A stretch of 61,965 bases of DNA, filler included. It is 16 parts of 16 records of this genome, joined end to end, with 100 filler letters (N's around TTAATTAATTAA, not from the genome) between each part and the next. Parts side by side here need not be neighbours in the genome. Positions count along the whole stretch, not along the records: positions 1 to 3,020 come from SRR15195285_17734; positions 3,121 to 6,153 come from SRR15195285_17762; positions 6,254 to 10,643 come from SRR15195285_17867; positions 10,744 to 13,759 come from SRR15195285_17897; positions 13,860 to 17,566 come from SRR15195285_17943; 11 more parts are not named here. One strand, 5' to 3'. Made by a program: the position numbers and the translations under genes. Position 1 is the stretch's first letter; each line of letters opens with the position of its first letter. Below are positions 1 through 13,993 of the stretch, piece after piece. The notes beneath the pieces were generated by a model, which worked only from the letters and a program-made list of their open reading frames with translations, had not been told where the DNA came from and ran no database searches.

Positions 1-1
1 G

Positions 2-2989
2 CGCGCTCTCTCTCTCTCTCTCTCTCTTTCGCAGCATGTCCATTGACTCCCAGTAGAAAAATTTCGGCTTGAAGGCGTCGACCAGAAACCCATACGACGA
101 GCCAACCTTAATGTCGTTCACAGCAAACTCGGCCTCCTGCGGCGTGATGGCGAGGGCCTCGGCAGCCCGAAGCTTGAGAGAGTCGGGGACTGCGGGCTGT
201 GCCTGCCTCTCACGATACAAAACTATGGTGACAATAACTGGCACGCCTAGAGCAATCACGATGAGCACAATCAAGGACATTCCTTTGTAGATAATGTGCG
301 CTCCGTCTTCGCAAGCTACCCGGTCGTCGGCGACTAGAATGCTCAAGTCTGGTAGCGCACGTCGACAGATCCATGCGTTGAAAGAGACCTGACAAATACG
401 TGGGTAAGAGACGAAGACGATGAAGAAGACATTATCAGCCAAGTGCTTCCTCGCAGTACCGCGTGATGAGCGCCTACGCTCAACCTCGAACATCCCGACT
501 GCTACTGTCGCAAGGCCGAGCGGGAACAACACTACCTGTGTCAACCAGCGTGTGTGAAAGTCATTCAGCCCAAGGCATTCGACTCCAATAATGCCATCGA
601 TGACGTCCAGAATGCCAGCGAGTCGGTTCGTGAGTGCCACAAACATGGGCGGGTAATGTATGTTGAGCGACGTGCCGACCTGAGAAGTGACCTGGACATA
701 CGATACAAGAATGCGGATCGGCTGCCACGCGCTGCGTCCGACAGCCAAGATAGCAGGCACATGTGCCATGTCTGGCGCGATCGCACGTGCCAACCTGTTC
801 CGAGTCTTCGCAACAACCACAACAGAAGTGATGATGACTACAGCAATCACCCAACTCTTTGAGGCTGGCGTTGAGCAAGCTTGGCACCCTGGAACGCTCT
901 CGCTGTCCCGTCGCTCAAAACCAAGGATGCACGATGCACAAAAGTACCCTGTGTAGTTTTGCTGGCACCCACCTACAATCGGGTCAAACGAGTCGAGACC
1001 AAAGCACCCGTGCATGGATTTGCACCGAAACACATGAACATTTGCGACTGGACTATCATTTCTGACCGACGACTCGCGGCCACTTGAAGCCGAGGGCATG
1101 CCAAGATTCAAGCGCACGTACCCTGGACTTACATGTGGCGAGTCTGCACAGTCGATGCAGGATCCACATCGAGTGCACCCTGATACACTTGATGCCGACG
1201 ATGCAAATTCTTCAAATGCACTCTCATAACAGCTGATGGTGCTGCTCGTTGCATTGTAGTGGCCAGAGTCACAAATGCAAGCGTCTTCATCTACGGACGG
1301 CTTGGTACCAGCTACGCAAGGCATGCATGCAGTACGATGTTCGTTCGGTATCGAAGTTGGTACGGCCCCACTAGGAGTGCACGGTCGACACAATGCACCT
1401 TCGCTGACGTTCCCCTTGCCGCACGCGACACACCGGGACCGGTCCAGAGAGGGTTCCGTGCCAGCGACGCAGGGAACGCAGGCGCTCCGAGCGTCATTGG
1501 CACGTTCGCCGAATTTGGTGCAGGGGGTGCACTCTCCTGAGCCGTCGCTCACGGTCCCGTTCTTGCACGTGGAGCACTGGCTTGCGTCAACACAGCCATC
1601 AACCACCGCACATTCTTTGCCAGGAGGGCAAGTGTACGGAAGTTCACATCGAATACCGTCACGGCTGATAAGCGAGCCAGGGCATGGAGTGCATGAGAGC
1701 GAATAGTTCTCGTAACTGCACCCAAATCCTACTGGGCATGGATAAATATCGCACCCGGCTAACACGTCCAAGTAAAGAGAAAAGTGTGTACCACGCTCAA
1801 ATGGATCGAACGATGTGTTGTAGACAAAAAATTCCGTTGGGCCGTTCGTATGCATATGCCATCCCATAAACCCCCAATTGCCGATAAAGGTGGAGTCAGT
1901 CAGGTGAAGACTCACATAATCTGTCTTAATTGCTCCTCCTGAGATGAGCCCTCCGACAATTGTTGCAACATTGTGAACGAATGCGGAGCGAGTCACCTGA
2001 AGATGGGTATGCCCACCCATTCCGTGTGCGAAGATTGCTCCGGCAAAGTGTGCAACATTGCCGACAAAAGCGCACTCAGTCACGTTGACGTGTGCATTTA
2101 TCTCCACCCACATGGCTGCTCCGCCGTGTTCCAGTCGATTGCCAATGAACGCAGATTTCCTCAAGCTAACCCGCGCGTTCTCATGCACAAAAATGGCCCG
2201 TATATTGCTGATGAACGCGCAGCCAGTCACGTCTAGGTGCGCGCGGTTATGCACAATGATTGCTGGCTGTTGTTCTTCCCATAGCTCGCACGTGTGTGCT
2301 TCGCTTGTTTGAGCTGCAACTTGCAGGGTTTCTGTCATGCGCTGTAAGCCACCCATCATTGCTGCAGCAGCGTTGATGGCAGCTGTTGTTGCCGTTGGTA
2401 CGCCGGACGCATCCCGAGATACGCCCTCTCTCGACCACGGCCGCTCGGCTGCGGCCTCCACCGCAACAATTCCAATGGCCTCCACCCGTGCCACGCATGT
2501 CGACAAATCTTGCATACGGCGGGCTCTAACGCCACCTGTGCAGAATCCACACAAGAAATCACATTGGCCTTCGTATGCCATCCCTGCAGCAAAGTCGGCT
2601 GCGCAGCTGTATAACCCTACCATACTTTCGCACCCGCTTGCCATCCCATGGCGCGTATCGTACGCATTGAAGCCACAGGAAAGGTCACAAAGGCTTGCCT
2701 GTCCCATGCCTGGTGCGAAGGCGCCAGCGCACGAGTACTCGCCCGACGCGATGAGCAAATCGCAATCCATTCTCACGCCAGAAGCGTACACTGCATCGTA
2801 GAGATTGGCCGTCATACAATTTGCGTGAGCTTCGCTCGTGAAATAGCTCGAGCCAATGATGGCGCTGACAGCACAGCAATATGATCGATGTCTATGCTTC
2901 CTGTGTGCACGGGCTCTCGAAGTCGACACAAGCATCTTGGCTGCGCTACGTCTTCGAATCCAGTGCACTCCCCACCTCCTGCTGCGGCT
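2..2989 (-). CDS. Large surface/receptor-like protein: ShK-like Cys modules + beta-helix (pectin-lyase/POMP-like) repeats + Cys-rich repeats + multi-TM C-terminal domain (partial at both ends)
   Basis: Hand-translated minus-strand frame, open from 2989 to the window start and missing from the ORF track. Repeats 'LDVTGCAFISN', 'VNVTECAFVGNVAHFAGAI', 'LHLTDSTFIGN'; CxxC repeats 'CTPCPG..CVPCVAG'; TM region 'IRILVSYVQVTSQV', 'FFIVFVSYPRICQVSF', 'YGFLVDAFKPKFFYWESMDMLRK'. Probable intron near 2870-2950. Confidence 0.85.
6..28. repeat. (CT)n microsatellite at contig end
   Basis: ctctctctc... run at the window start. Other contig ends also fall in simple repeats: (TGC)n 3121-3137 and 13733-13759, (CTC)n 10744-10770, (GAGGAA)n 34138-34164. 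Confidence 0.9.
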
Positions 2990-3020
2990 TTAGCAACTCC
3001 TTGCACCAGCGCTGCACCCC

Positions 3021-3120
3021 NNNNNNNNNNNNNNNNNNNNNNNNNNNNNNNNNNNNNNNNNNNNTTAATTAATTAANNNNNNNNNNNNNNNNNNNNNNNN
3101 NNNNNNNNNNNNNNNNNNNN
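3021..3120. other. Artificial contig-joining spacer (44 N + TTAATTAATTAA + 44 N); first of 15
   Basis: Identical 100-bp spacers at 3021-3120, 6154-6253, 10644-10743, 13760-13859, 17567-17666, 21384-21483, 24784-24883, 28069-28168, 34037-34136, 38088-38187, 41851-41950, 46005-46104, 52113-52212, 55613-55712, 58794-58893. The core has stops in all six frames. Confidence 0.99.
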
Positions 3121-3280
3121 TGCTGCTGCTGCTGCTGCCGCCGCCGCCACCGCCACCACTGATGCTGGTACCGCTGCTACCACTGCCACTACGGCTATCT
3201 GTACATGTTGGTGCTGCAAATGTTCTGGTCGCGGCTACATGTAGTGTGGAGCCATTATCTCGAGCCTGCGAATTCCAATC

Positions 3281-3523
3281 TTGCTCTGGCCGGGTATCTT
3301 CCTGATCTTCTTCGGGAATGGCGCCATCTACGCTACAACCACGCGTCACATTGACCAGCACGTGCCAAAGGATTTCAACCTGATCGCGCTGAGCATTTGG
3401 CTTTTTGTAGGGGACTGGGGCAGCGTCCTAGGCAGCAACACGTGGATGTATATGCAAGACTCTAGCGTGTTTTGCGATGGACCTCCAGGAAGGAATGGCT
3501 GGGCACACATGTGTCTAGAGTGA
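3281..3523 (+). CDS. 3' exon of an MFS-fold membrane protein, possibly CLN3/battenin-like (partial)
   Basis: Two hydrophobic helices 'LWPGIFLIFFGNGAIYATT' and 'FNLIALSIWLFVGDWGSVLGS', then a stop at 3521-3523. The family call is from motif resemblance only. Confidence 0.5.
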   Translation: MLWPGIFLIFFGNGAIYATTTRHIDQHVPKDFNLIALSIWLFVGDWGSVLGSNTWMYMQDSSVFCDGPPGRNGWAHMCLE

Positions 3524-3569
3524 CGAATATTGCATGACTCAAATGACAGTTGTGCCCGGTGCTAGCTGA

Positions 3570-5737
3570 TCAATGAACTCCTTCTGAAGTTTTTAGGAAC
3601 GCAGTGTCGACTAATTCCACACATTGCTCCTTGATAACACTCCTCACGAGCCGCTTGAAGTCTTCGAACGGACACGACAGCTCAGGCCCACTAGCACAGG
3701 TCGGCATGATTACGAAAACGCGGCTGGCCTACTCACGCGTGCACAAGCCCACACAATCATTCAGAGCGGATTCAAATCTTCTAGAGGACCAGCAGCGGCT
3801 ACAATACAGTCAAGCTCACTACCACCTACTACCAGAGAGCCATAGGTCGGTGAGGACAGCCACTGATGCGATACGATGCATGGCCACATTAGAATCATGT
3901 GCGCACCGGGTCAGCAGCCGTGAGTGGCGTTGCCTCGCGTTGCTGTCGGTAGGACTGGCTTACAAAGAACGCCTTCACATAGTATCGCTTCGTAGCACCG
4001 GCACCCGACGAGTAGAGAGAGAACATCAGGAAGCCACCAGGTGGACTCTGGTTAGGATTGAACCTAATGGGCGACGATATCGACACCCACACGCACAGTT
4101 GTCATGATTGTTGTTGCCCATGGTACTTGTGCGAGAGACTTTAGCAAGCTCACGATTCAGTGAGCCAGTTGAGCTTCAGCAGCTTCCGAAGCAAATAGAT
4201 GTTGATGTCATGGGCTGCATAGTAGACCAGCACATCCGTCGGATCGCTCCTGAGGCCCACGATTGGAGGCGCAGTAGGTCCGTCTACCATCTGCTGGAAG
4301 GATGCAGCGAGGTGCACCAGCATTTCCGACCCAGCGTTCTGAGCATTCCAATCGTCGTCGGCGATGTTCATGCTCTCTTCGTGCAACCGGAGCAACGTGC
4401 GCATCTACAAACCAGGCCCGTGCGTCGAACAACGTATCAACCACGACACTGCCGACTACTGCTACTAGGGACCACCAGATAGCTACTGTCAAACGACATC
4501 GCACGGCGGTCTGAATCTTACCTGGAGCTCTGTCATGCCTGGCACGAGACCTTGCCAATCCATGCCATTCAGATAAGCCAGCTGTATGTACCTGCGCCGT
4601 ATACTTTCAGTTGTGCATGTTTCAGGCTTGCAGCAACAGCAGCACATCTTGGCTCACTCAGAAAGTTTTGCAGCCAGTGAAAGAGGACCCTCGAAAACTT
4701 CCCAGTATGCCTTTCGCCCTTCCCACTCCGTTGGGACGTCCATGATCGTACAATTCCCTGGTGGAACGCTGACTGCACCGGAGCAGACCACGTCCTGGCA
4801 GCAGTCGAGCGCGTCGTTGATTTGGCGCACAGCTTCCTCTTGCTCAGTAGACAGCCGCGCAAAGTCGCCACCAACCTCCGCGGCTATGACAGCTTCGATG
4901 TCGCCGCTGACAGGGCACGCAGCAGTGCTAACGTTTCCCTGCAACTCAGCGGCGAAAAACACAAAGACCAGGGAGGGCGGGAGTTATAAGACAAGGACTG
5001 ATTCGTCCTACCGATAGAGCACCCATGGCACGGGCACTTACTTGATTCATGAGCTTCGCCATGTATTCTGGGTGCGCCAAATCCCAAGGGTCCACCGTGA
5101 AGCCTGCTTCTGGGTAGGCACCACGCATAAACGCCTCTGCCGTTTGAATGTCTCGATTCGTGTGATCCAGATCGGCGTACACCGTGAAGTTGTACGGTCG
5201 TGTCGGCAGGACCACCTCAGCCATATGCGCACCCATCAAAGCTATGACATGCTTGCCATGTGGCGTCAGCTCGGCAATCTTCGTGGCCCCCCACGCTTGC
5301 GGATCGGCAAACCACTTGCGGGCTGGATCCCGCGAGAAGATCGTCGCCGGTTGGTGCTCAACAGGAGCGAACGGTACTCGGATGCCGTGACGTGTTACTA
5401 TCAGGACACGTTCCTGGTGAAGCTCTGTGTCGTTTGGATCCGGCGGATCGATCCCGGAACACCACGACGAAATCGCTTGGTTCGAGCAGCCGGCCTGCCG
5501 CAGCTCGCGCTGATGCGAGCCGGCACACTCAGCGCACACGAAGACGCTTGCTCGGGCGTCTCCGCACGTCCGCTGCAGCATGGCGGTGCAGCCCGAGCCC
5601 GCGGGGTTGCGTTTTTTCGCCACCAGCAAGGAGCCCGCGCCCGCGCTGCCACGGCGCACTGTTGGCAGTGTCGGTGCCGCTGCCGCACCGAGCACCGTTG
5701 CAGCGCCCAGTGCTGCTAGCAGTAGCACGAAGATCAT
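3570..5737 (-). CDS. Secreted histidine acid phosphatase (AppA/glucose-1-phosphatase/phytase-like), multi-exon, with N-terminal 6-Cys module
   Basis: Signal peptide MIFVLLLAALGAA; catalytic RHGIRVP; 'ELTPHG'; 'VYADLDHTNRDIQTAEAF'; HD motif 'AAHDINIYLL'; 'QSPPGGFLMF'; C-terminal 'MPTCASGPELSCPFEDFKRLV..EQC'. Exons join through canonical GT-AG introns; stop at 3570-3572. Confidence 0.9.
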
Positions 5738-6380
5738 GGCCACGACGGAGCTCCGTCACTCCGGGGCAACCGCCGGCGCGTGGGCGGGACCGCCGCGCGC
5801 ACCCTGCATGTATTACCGCCGGGTATATTGAGACTCACTGACATACGTATTGCTCGCTAAACGGGCACCAGTCTACCCTTCAGTACTCCTACGTATGAGC
5901 TCCTCTATTGCTCTACCGTACCTCATTGGAATCGTCTGCTCTCCGGAATCCCAATGGTGTGCGATATCTAGGATAGTCATACTGTACACGTCTCCTTGAC
6001 GGCAGGGTGAGGCCTGCTGTGTACACACTGTATCATACATAGTAATTTGGAGTATACATGTACATACTATGTGCACAACTACTGACTGGAGGTGTCCGCT
6101 GCGCATTCAGAACGTAAGTCAGTATTTGTCGTACAACGTGTCTGTGGCACACGNNNNNNNNNNNNNNNNNNNNNNNNNNNNNNNNNNNNNNNNNNNNTTA
6201 ATTAATTAANNNNNNNNNNNNNNNNNNNNNNNNNNNNNNNNNNNNNNNNNNNNGGCGGCACGCCGGTGGCTGCCGTGCTGCGGTGTTTTCGGGGGCAGAT
6301 ATGTGAACGGCAGCTTCAAGTGGAGTCCTTCCGCGCTCGCCCGTATATACATCACTCTCTTGGGTAGTGTGAGAGCTCAA

Positions 6381-8581
<2,201 letters not shown>

Positions 8582-8792
8582 CTCACCAGTGCTCCAAGGA
8601 CGGGTTCCATTTGGCGATGTGTGCTATTGCATCTGGCTATATTGGCACTTGGTTCCGTCCACGAGCACCCAAGCCCTGATTATCAGCCGCTACACATCTC
8701 TGTAGATCAGATACCCGCGCCAGCTGGGGCAGCCATTTTGATCCAGGAGTACATTGGTCATTTCTTCTGGTTCATTCTTAGTTCCAAGAACC

Positions 8793-10474
8793 TTACATCT
8801 TCTTTGATGTGTTGGCAAGGACCGCACGAAGATAGTCCATGGCCTTCGACGACCTCTGCGTGTCGTCGTGTCCCAAATTCGGTAGTTGAATCAGGTGCAC
8901 TGGTTGTTCCTGCTTGCTCGCCCATGCTTTTGGGACGCCCGCAAGCGATGCAACAGTGCCGGTGTCGTCGCCATCAGCCGTAGTCACGATACACTCTGTC
9001 TTGGGATCGGGAGGTGGATATGGGCCATGATGTTGCAGCCGCCGCTTTACTTGAGACCACGCAGTGGCGTTCTCGTTTTCATTGCTGTTGTACGTGTAGT
9101 GGCATGGGGCCGAGAAATTTGCAGTGCCGTCAGCCTTGAGTGGGAAAGAGAAGTTGCTCGGCGTTGGACTGCCCGTGCCGTAGATCACGTGCGTCTCTAC
9201 TCCAACTGCATCGTAGACGCTGTAGTTTGCGGCGCCAGCGACTTGCTGTCCAACCCGCTCGTAGCCGGCGGCTTCAAACAGCTCTGGCAGCTGCGCGACG
9301 GTGTACTTGACCTTGTCGCCAGCAGTCGCCAGGATAGACTCCGGCGGGAGGATGGCACCCATCCACGAGAAGGACCCGTAGGATTGCTCAGTGGCAAACT
9401 CTGCATTCATGGCCCATGGGATTGGCGGACCACCTCCTTCGCTGCTCTCTTGAAGCTGGTTGAGCACAGTCTCGGCCGTTCCACCGAAGACGCCAGAGAG
9501 AGAGACAAAAGACGCGATATACTGCTCGCGCCAGGCGAGAGACACGTGCCGCTGGAGGAAGAGGGCGAAGACTGGTGAGCCGAGAGAGAAGCCAATCGCG
9601 GTCACCTTCTTGTTGGTCGAGGTAGCATTGTGGCTCATCTCCTCGATGAAGGCCTGCAGATGCTCGAAGTACCCGCCGGGACTCATCCAGTTTTTGGGAC
9701 CGAGGCGCCAGTCGTACGGCAAGGTTTGAAAATCCCTGTACCTCTGATACCCCATTGCTTGCAGGTTCTTGCACACGCACCCGAAGCTTGTGCGGTTACC
9801 CGTAAACATTGCCTTTGCGGGATCGGGATCCACGTCACACTGGCTCTCGAGAGTCATGTTGACACGGATGTCCACGCCCGGCGGATACGAGTACAGGTCG
9901 GTAGTGGGATCATAGATGAGCGATGCGTCGTCGAAGTAGCAGTCAGAATACAGTGGAAGTGCCATCTTCGGGCTTGGAGGGAAGAACTCCACCCAGTCTT
10001 CGTTGCGCTTGCACACGAGATGCTTCTGCTTCCGGTTCACCATCTTCCAGTCCATAAAAGAACCGCTCAACGGCGGGATCAGAATGACCGGCGGACGATC
10101 GTCCAAATGCACGGCGCCTGGCGATGGTGGCTTGCACACAGTCTCGTGGAAGCCGCCCGACTCGCAGAACTCCTGCTCCTCACCGACCGTACAGTTTGCG
10201 GTGGTACCGGGCCCGACGGACGCCGCGTGCTGCTTGATGCAGTCGAAGCACGCGGTTGCGTTGGATGGATCACTGCGGCATCACCAGCGGCAAGCACGCA
10301 AGCACGGAGTGTCACGTGGAAGCATTGACAAGAAAACATCTGCGACACAGCAGCTCACCAGATGTGGTACAGCGCGCGGAAGCAGTTCATGTTGCCTCCC
10401 CCATGGTGCTGGGCTGGCACGAGGACCGACAGCCCGAGCACAGCAACCGCAATCATTTCAATCCGTCCGCGCAT
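8793..10474 (-). CDS. Secreted LCAT / group XV phospholipase A2-like lipase with N-terminal 6-Cys module
   Basis: 'PVILIPPLSGS', 'LPYDWRL', nucleophile elbow GFSLG, 'FVSLSGVFGG', 'VIYGTG..TP', 'DGDDT', C-terminal His 'LGHDD'. Exon 1 (ATG 10474 or 10456, signal peptide) joins in frame across intron 10273-10358 (GTGAG...GCAG). Confidence 0.9.
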
Positions 10475-10880
10475 GAGCGAACGACTCGCTCTTCGATCTC
10501 GACCGCCCAGCAGCGCTCGCGAATTCCACGTGACGCCACGACTGAACTCGTACCCAAAGGCTCCTCGTCGCCCCACCAGCGACCACGCCGTACCGTACCA
10601 CCGCCACCCAGTGACCCCCACTGCCCTCCGTCCCCAGCGCTGCNNNNNNNNNNNNNNNNNNNNNNNNNNNNNNNNNNNNNNNNNNNNTTAATTAATTAAN
10701 NNNNNNNNNNNNNNNNNNNNNNNNNNNNNNNNNNNNNNNNNNNCTCCTCCTCCTCCTCCTCCTCCTCCTCCGCACTCTGCACTCTGACGGCGGTGGTGCC
10801 TGCCCCATTGACAACTAAATCTCTTCTTAAAATATCACACAGGGGGGTTTCTGATCTGCCCATTTAGCCTGTATTTATGC

Positions 10881-10920
10881 CAGATTTGATGGAAACGTTC
10901 CAGATTTGATGGAAACGTTG
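10881..10920 (+). repeat. 20-bp tandem duplication
   Basis: cagatttgatggaaacgtt(c/g) twice in a row, in probable intron sequence. Confidence 0.85.
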
Positions 10921-10931
10921 CTTCTGATCAG

Positions 10932-11749
10932 GTACCATTCGAGATATTTGTGCTGCTCATGATATTTGTGGCCCTGGCAGTAGATGGTGCGCATCAAAAT
11001 TTATTGATTGTTCTACGGCCAAGGGTGCATCCAACTGAAAGGAGCGTGTTGTGGTATGGTAGCTGTGTTTGACCTGCGCCACCAACCCAAGCTCGACCTA
11101 TATGTCGGTTTCTTCGTTCGACAGAATCTGATCCGATTCATGGTTTGGATTCGCGCTCTAAAGACCCTGCGTCCTATCACCGACTACGCACTCCACGTAC
11201 TGCTGCTCATCGGGATATTTTCCGAGGCGTACCTTTGGCTCCGCAACACAGTCAAAGTTGACTCGAGAGCGAGTCGACTCGATGTTTATCGGGTACCACC
11301 TCTTGTCGGTGCGTATGCAGCGCTCAACCGTCTGATCAGCATGTTTCGGCATCTCCGTACCGCACGCAGTGCTGCGATTGCGCAGCCAATGAATCCATTG
11401 AACTGGTTGTGCAGGTATGGCCCGCGGGCTGGCATTTTGCTGTGCTACCGAGTATGCCATCACGCAGACGAATATGCAGGCATTCGATGATGCGTATTAT
11501 TACGAGGACACCACAACAGCTAGTCTGCTGCGAGCCGGCAGCGTCATCGCTGTGCGTACCTTGTGGGGGGCTCTGCGGGTGTGGCGCGGTAGCTGCTTAG
11601 GTGTGATGCATGGCGCACCGCGGTCTGATGCTATCTTGCACCCCCCGTATAATCCTGAGATGAAGCTGGCGAGCGAAGCGTTCGTGAAGCTGAGAACCCG
11701 AGCCCCTCGTGTCACCTTGGGCCATGGCGGTGTTGCGCATGTGATCTGA
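10932..11749 (+). CDS. Hypothetical membrane protein, 3' exons (partial)
   Basis: Hydrophobic segments 'VPFEIFVLLMIFVALAV' and 'YALHVLLLIGIFSEAYLWL' between plausible AG/GT boundaries; stop at 11749, convergent with the next gene. No family recognised. Confidence 0.4.
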
Positions 11750-11824
11750 GGACTTTCTAGAGCTGGAAAAATTGTGAAACCGAAAAACGAACATGTTACT
11801 AGTACTATCAGTTCTTCTCTCGCT

Positions 11825-13759
11825 TTAATTATCCGCCTCAAGGCCTGGCTGGACAGTGAGAAACACACCAGCGCGTGGTGCCAGCTCCAATGCTGCGAGG
11901 CTGTCCAACTTGGTGCCGTTCTGTACCTGCAAAATTTCGGGCGCCTCGATCGACAGCGGATGTGAAGTCGTGGTAGCGTTCCAGCCCCGGATTTTCGATG
12001 CAATCGTTTTCAGGTCCTGTGAGCAGCGGGACGTTAGACTTGTCTCTGGCGCGGGCCTGTGTTTGTCTTGGCAATGTATCTAGAGAAATGGAAACCAGTG
12101 CATTTTCGTACCAGCGTCAGTGAAACCGTCACGGCTGCCTCCGCCCAGCTTGCCACTGCAATGATCAGCTGTCCAGCTGTGCTGTGGCTTGGCTGCACGA
12201 GGAAAGCAGTAGCCTTGACGTCCGTCACGCTGCTGCTGACCACAGCATGCCAGTCATGCTGATCGGCAAACCAGCCAAGCATCTCAGTACCATTTGCCGA
12301 CAAGCCGGACGCATCAATCCAAGCCCACAACGCCTTGTTTTGCGCAGCACTACTATATGGCGGTCGACCCCACATCCCAAAAACCATCCCTGAGGGGTCA
12401 CACATAGGGTCACCGATTTTTCCATAGCCACCTGGGTTAGTGATCTATAAACACCAAGAATGCACAAATATTTGGACGTTCCTACCGCGATGCACGTTGG
12501 GATGAGTCAGCATGTCATTGAAGACGCCAAACTGCAAGCCAGACGTAGCGAGCAGCATCCATGTCGCGTCGCCGCAAGAGCCAGACTGACGATCGCTGCA
12601 TGCCGAGGTACCGCCGTCATCAAATCCCTCCCCGAACATTACCGAGTCCATGAGAGACATATGCTGCGCGTACTCAAGCACGTCAATCTCTCCGCCACCT
12701 GAAGACCAACGGTTGCCACAATGTAGATCAAGCATGCCCCCCGACTTGTCGCTGTCGCCGCGACCGGTAGAGACGGCACGTGATGCGCGGAGCATCGTAT
12801 GCGCGTCATACGCCACTCCATCTACACGCAGAGTGCAACCAAACGAAACAAACGAAGCAACAAAGAAACTCTGGTCAGAGATCGCTCGCATTATTTGCGG
12901 CGAGTGTTATCCGATATCAAATAGGACGATCAATGGTCTCTCTAAGACACTGACAGAGGGAGGGACAAACGACTGTGCATCGCGACCCTGACTAACCGAG
13001 GTAGATGCCATCGATATCGAGCTCCTCCGTGGCAAGCACTAGGAGACGAGACCAGAAGTTTGCGAGTCTCGAATTCGCGCGAGTCGTAAATGACACGTCC
13101 ATATCGCATCCCTCGCAAATCGGCGATTCAGTTGGCTTTGACAGTGGTGTCGTCCAGTCAGATGAGAACAATGCAGTCGCTGCGTGCTCGCTAAACCAGT
13201 GGTGTGGTCCGAATGTCGTCACCAGATCCTCGGTCGGGCCGTTGTCCTCTATCGATCCCCACAATGTTGCTGACGTCTCTAGTTCTGAACCCGTTGGCGG
13301 AGGCGTTGGTGGTGGTATTGGGTCTACGTATGCTGGATGCGACATGAGCTCCCCGTACATGGCAAAGAACGCCCAGAGCTCGGGAGTCACAAAAGAGAGC
13401 GAGCCTGACGAGTAATACGATTTGACCTTTGAGTTGCCACGGTGCATCCTCTCAGCAAACGACTTCGCGGCTGCGTTTGCGACAGGATCCAGCGGATATA
13501 TTATCCATGGATTATAATCGTTGCCTTGGTGAACGTTTGCGATGTTGATTCCGTCAGAGAGCAGCGTTTCTGGCGGTACAATCTGCGCCTCGATCTGGTA
13601 GTAGCGCTGTTTTTGGAAGTGCACGGCACTCTGCGCGGGCTTATTTGGGGTCACTAAAACGTCGAAGTGTAACAATGCTGGATCACCAACTTTTAGCCTG
13701 AGTGGTCCAGTGAACGCCTCCAGGACACAGTCGCTGCTGCTGCTGCTGCTGCTGCTGCT
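11825..13759 (-). CDS. DUF6067-family putative glycoside hydrolase, multi-exon (5' partial)
   Basis: 'LHFDVLVTPNKP', 'NVHQGNDYNPWIIYP', 'KVKSYY', 'PELWA', 'SRLANFW..IDGIYL|DGVAYD', 'LDLHCGN', 'DSVMFGEGFD', 'SGLQFG..DML', 'GMVFGM', 'MLGWF', 'IAVASW' follow the bacterial DUF6067 pattern. Last exon ends '..GLEADN*' at 11825. Confidence 0.8.
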
Positions 13760-13993
13760 NNNNNNNNNNNNNNNNNNNNNNNNNNNNNNNNNNNNNNNNN
13801 NNNTTAATTAATTAANNNNNNNNNNNNNNNNNNNNNNNNNNNNNNNNNNNNNNNNNNNNAGATCCATCGGCTGTGCCTCAGATCGAACAATACGATGGCG
13901 GAGCGCGCGCAGGCGATCGCGTATTCATATCGCCGCCGCGCGGACGACGTCGCGACGCCGCGACGCGTACGCGCGCGGGCGGCTGCCATATCG

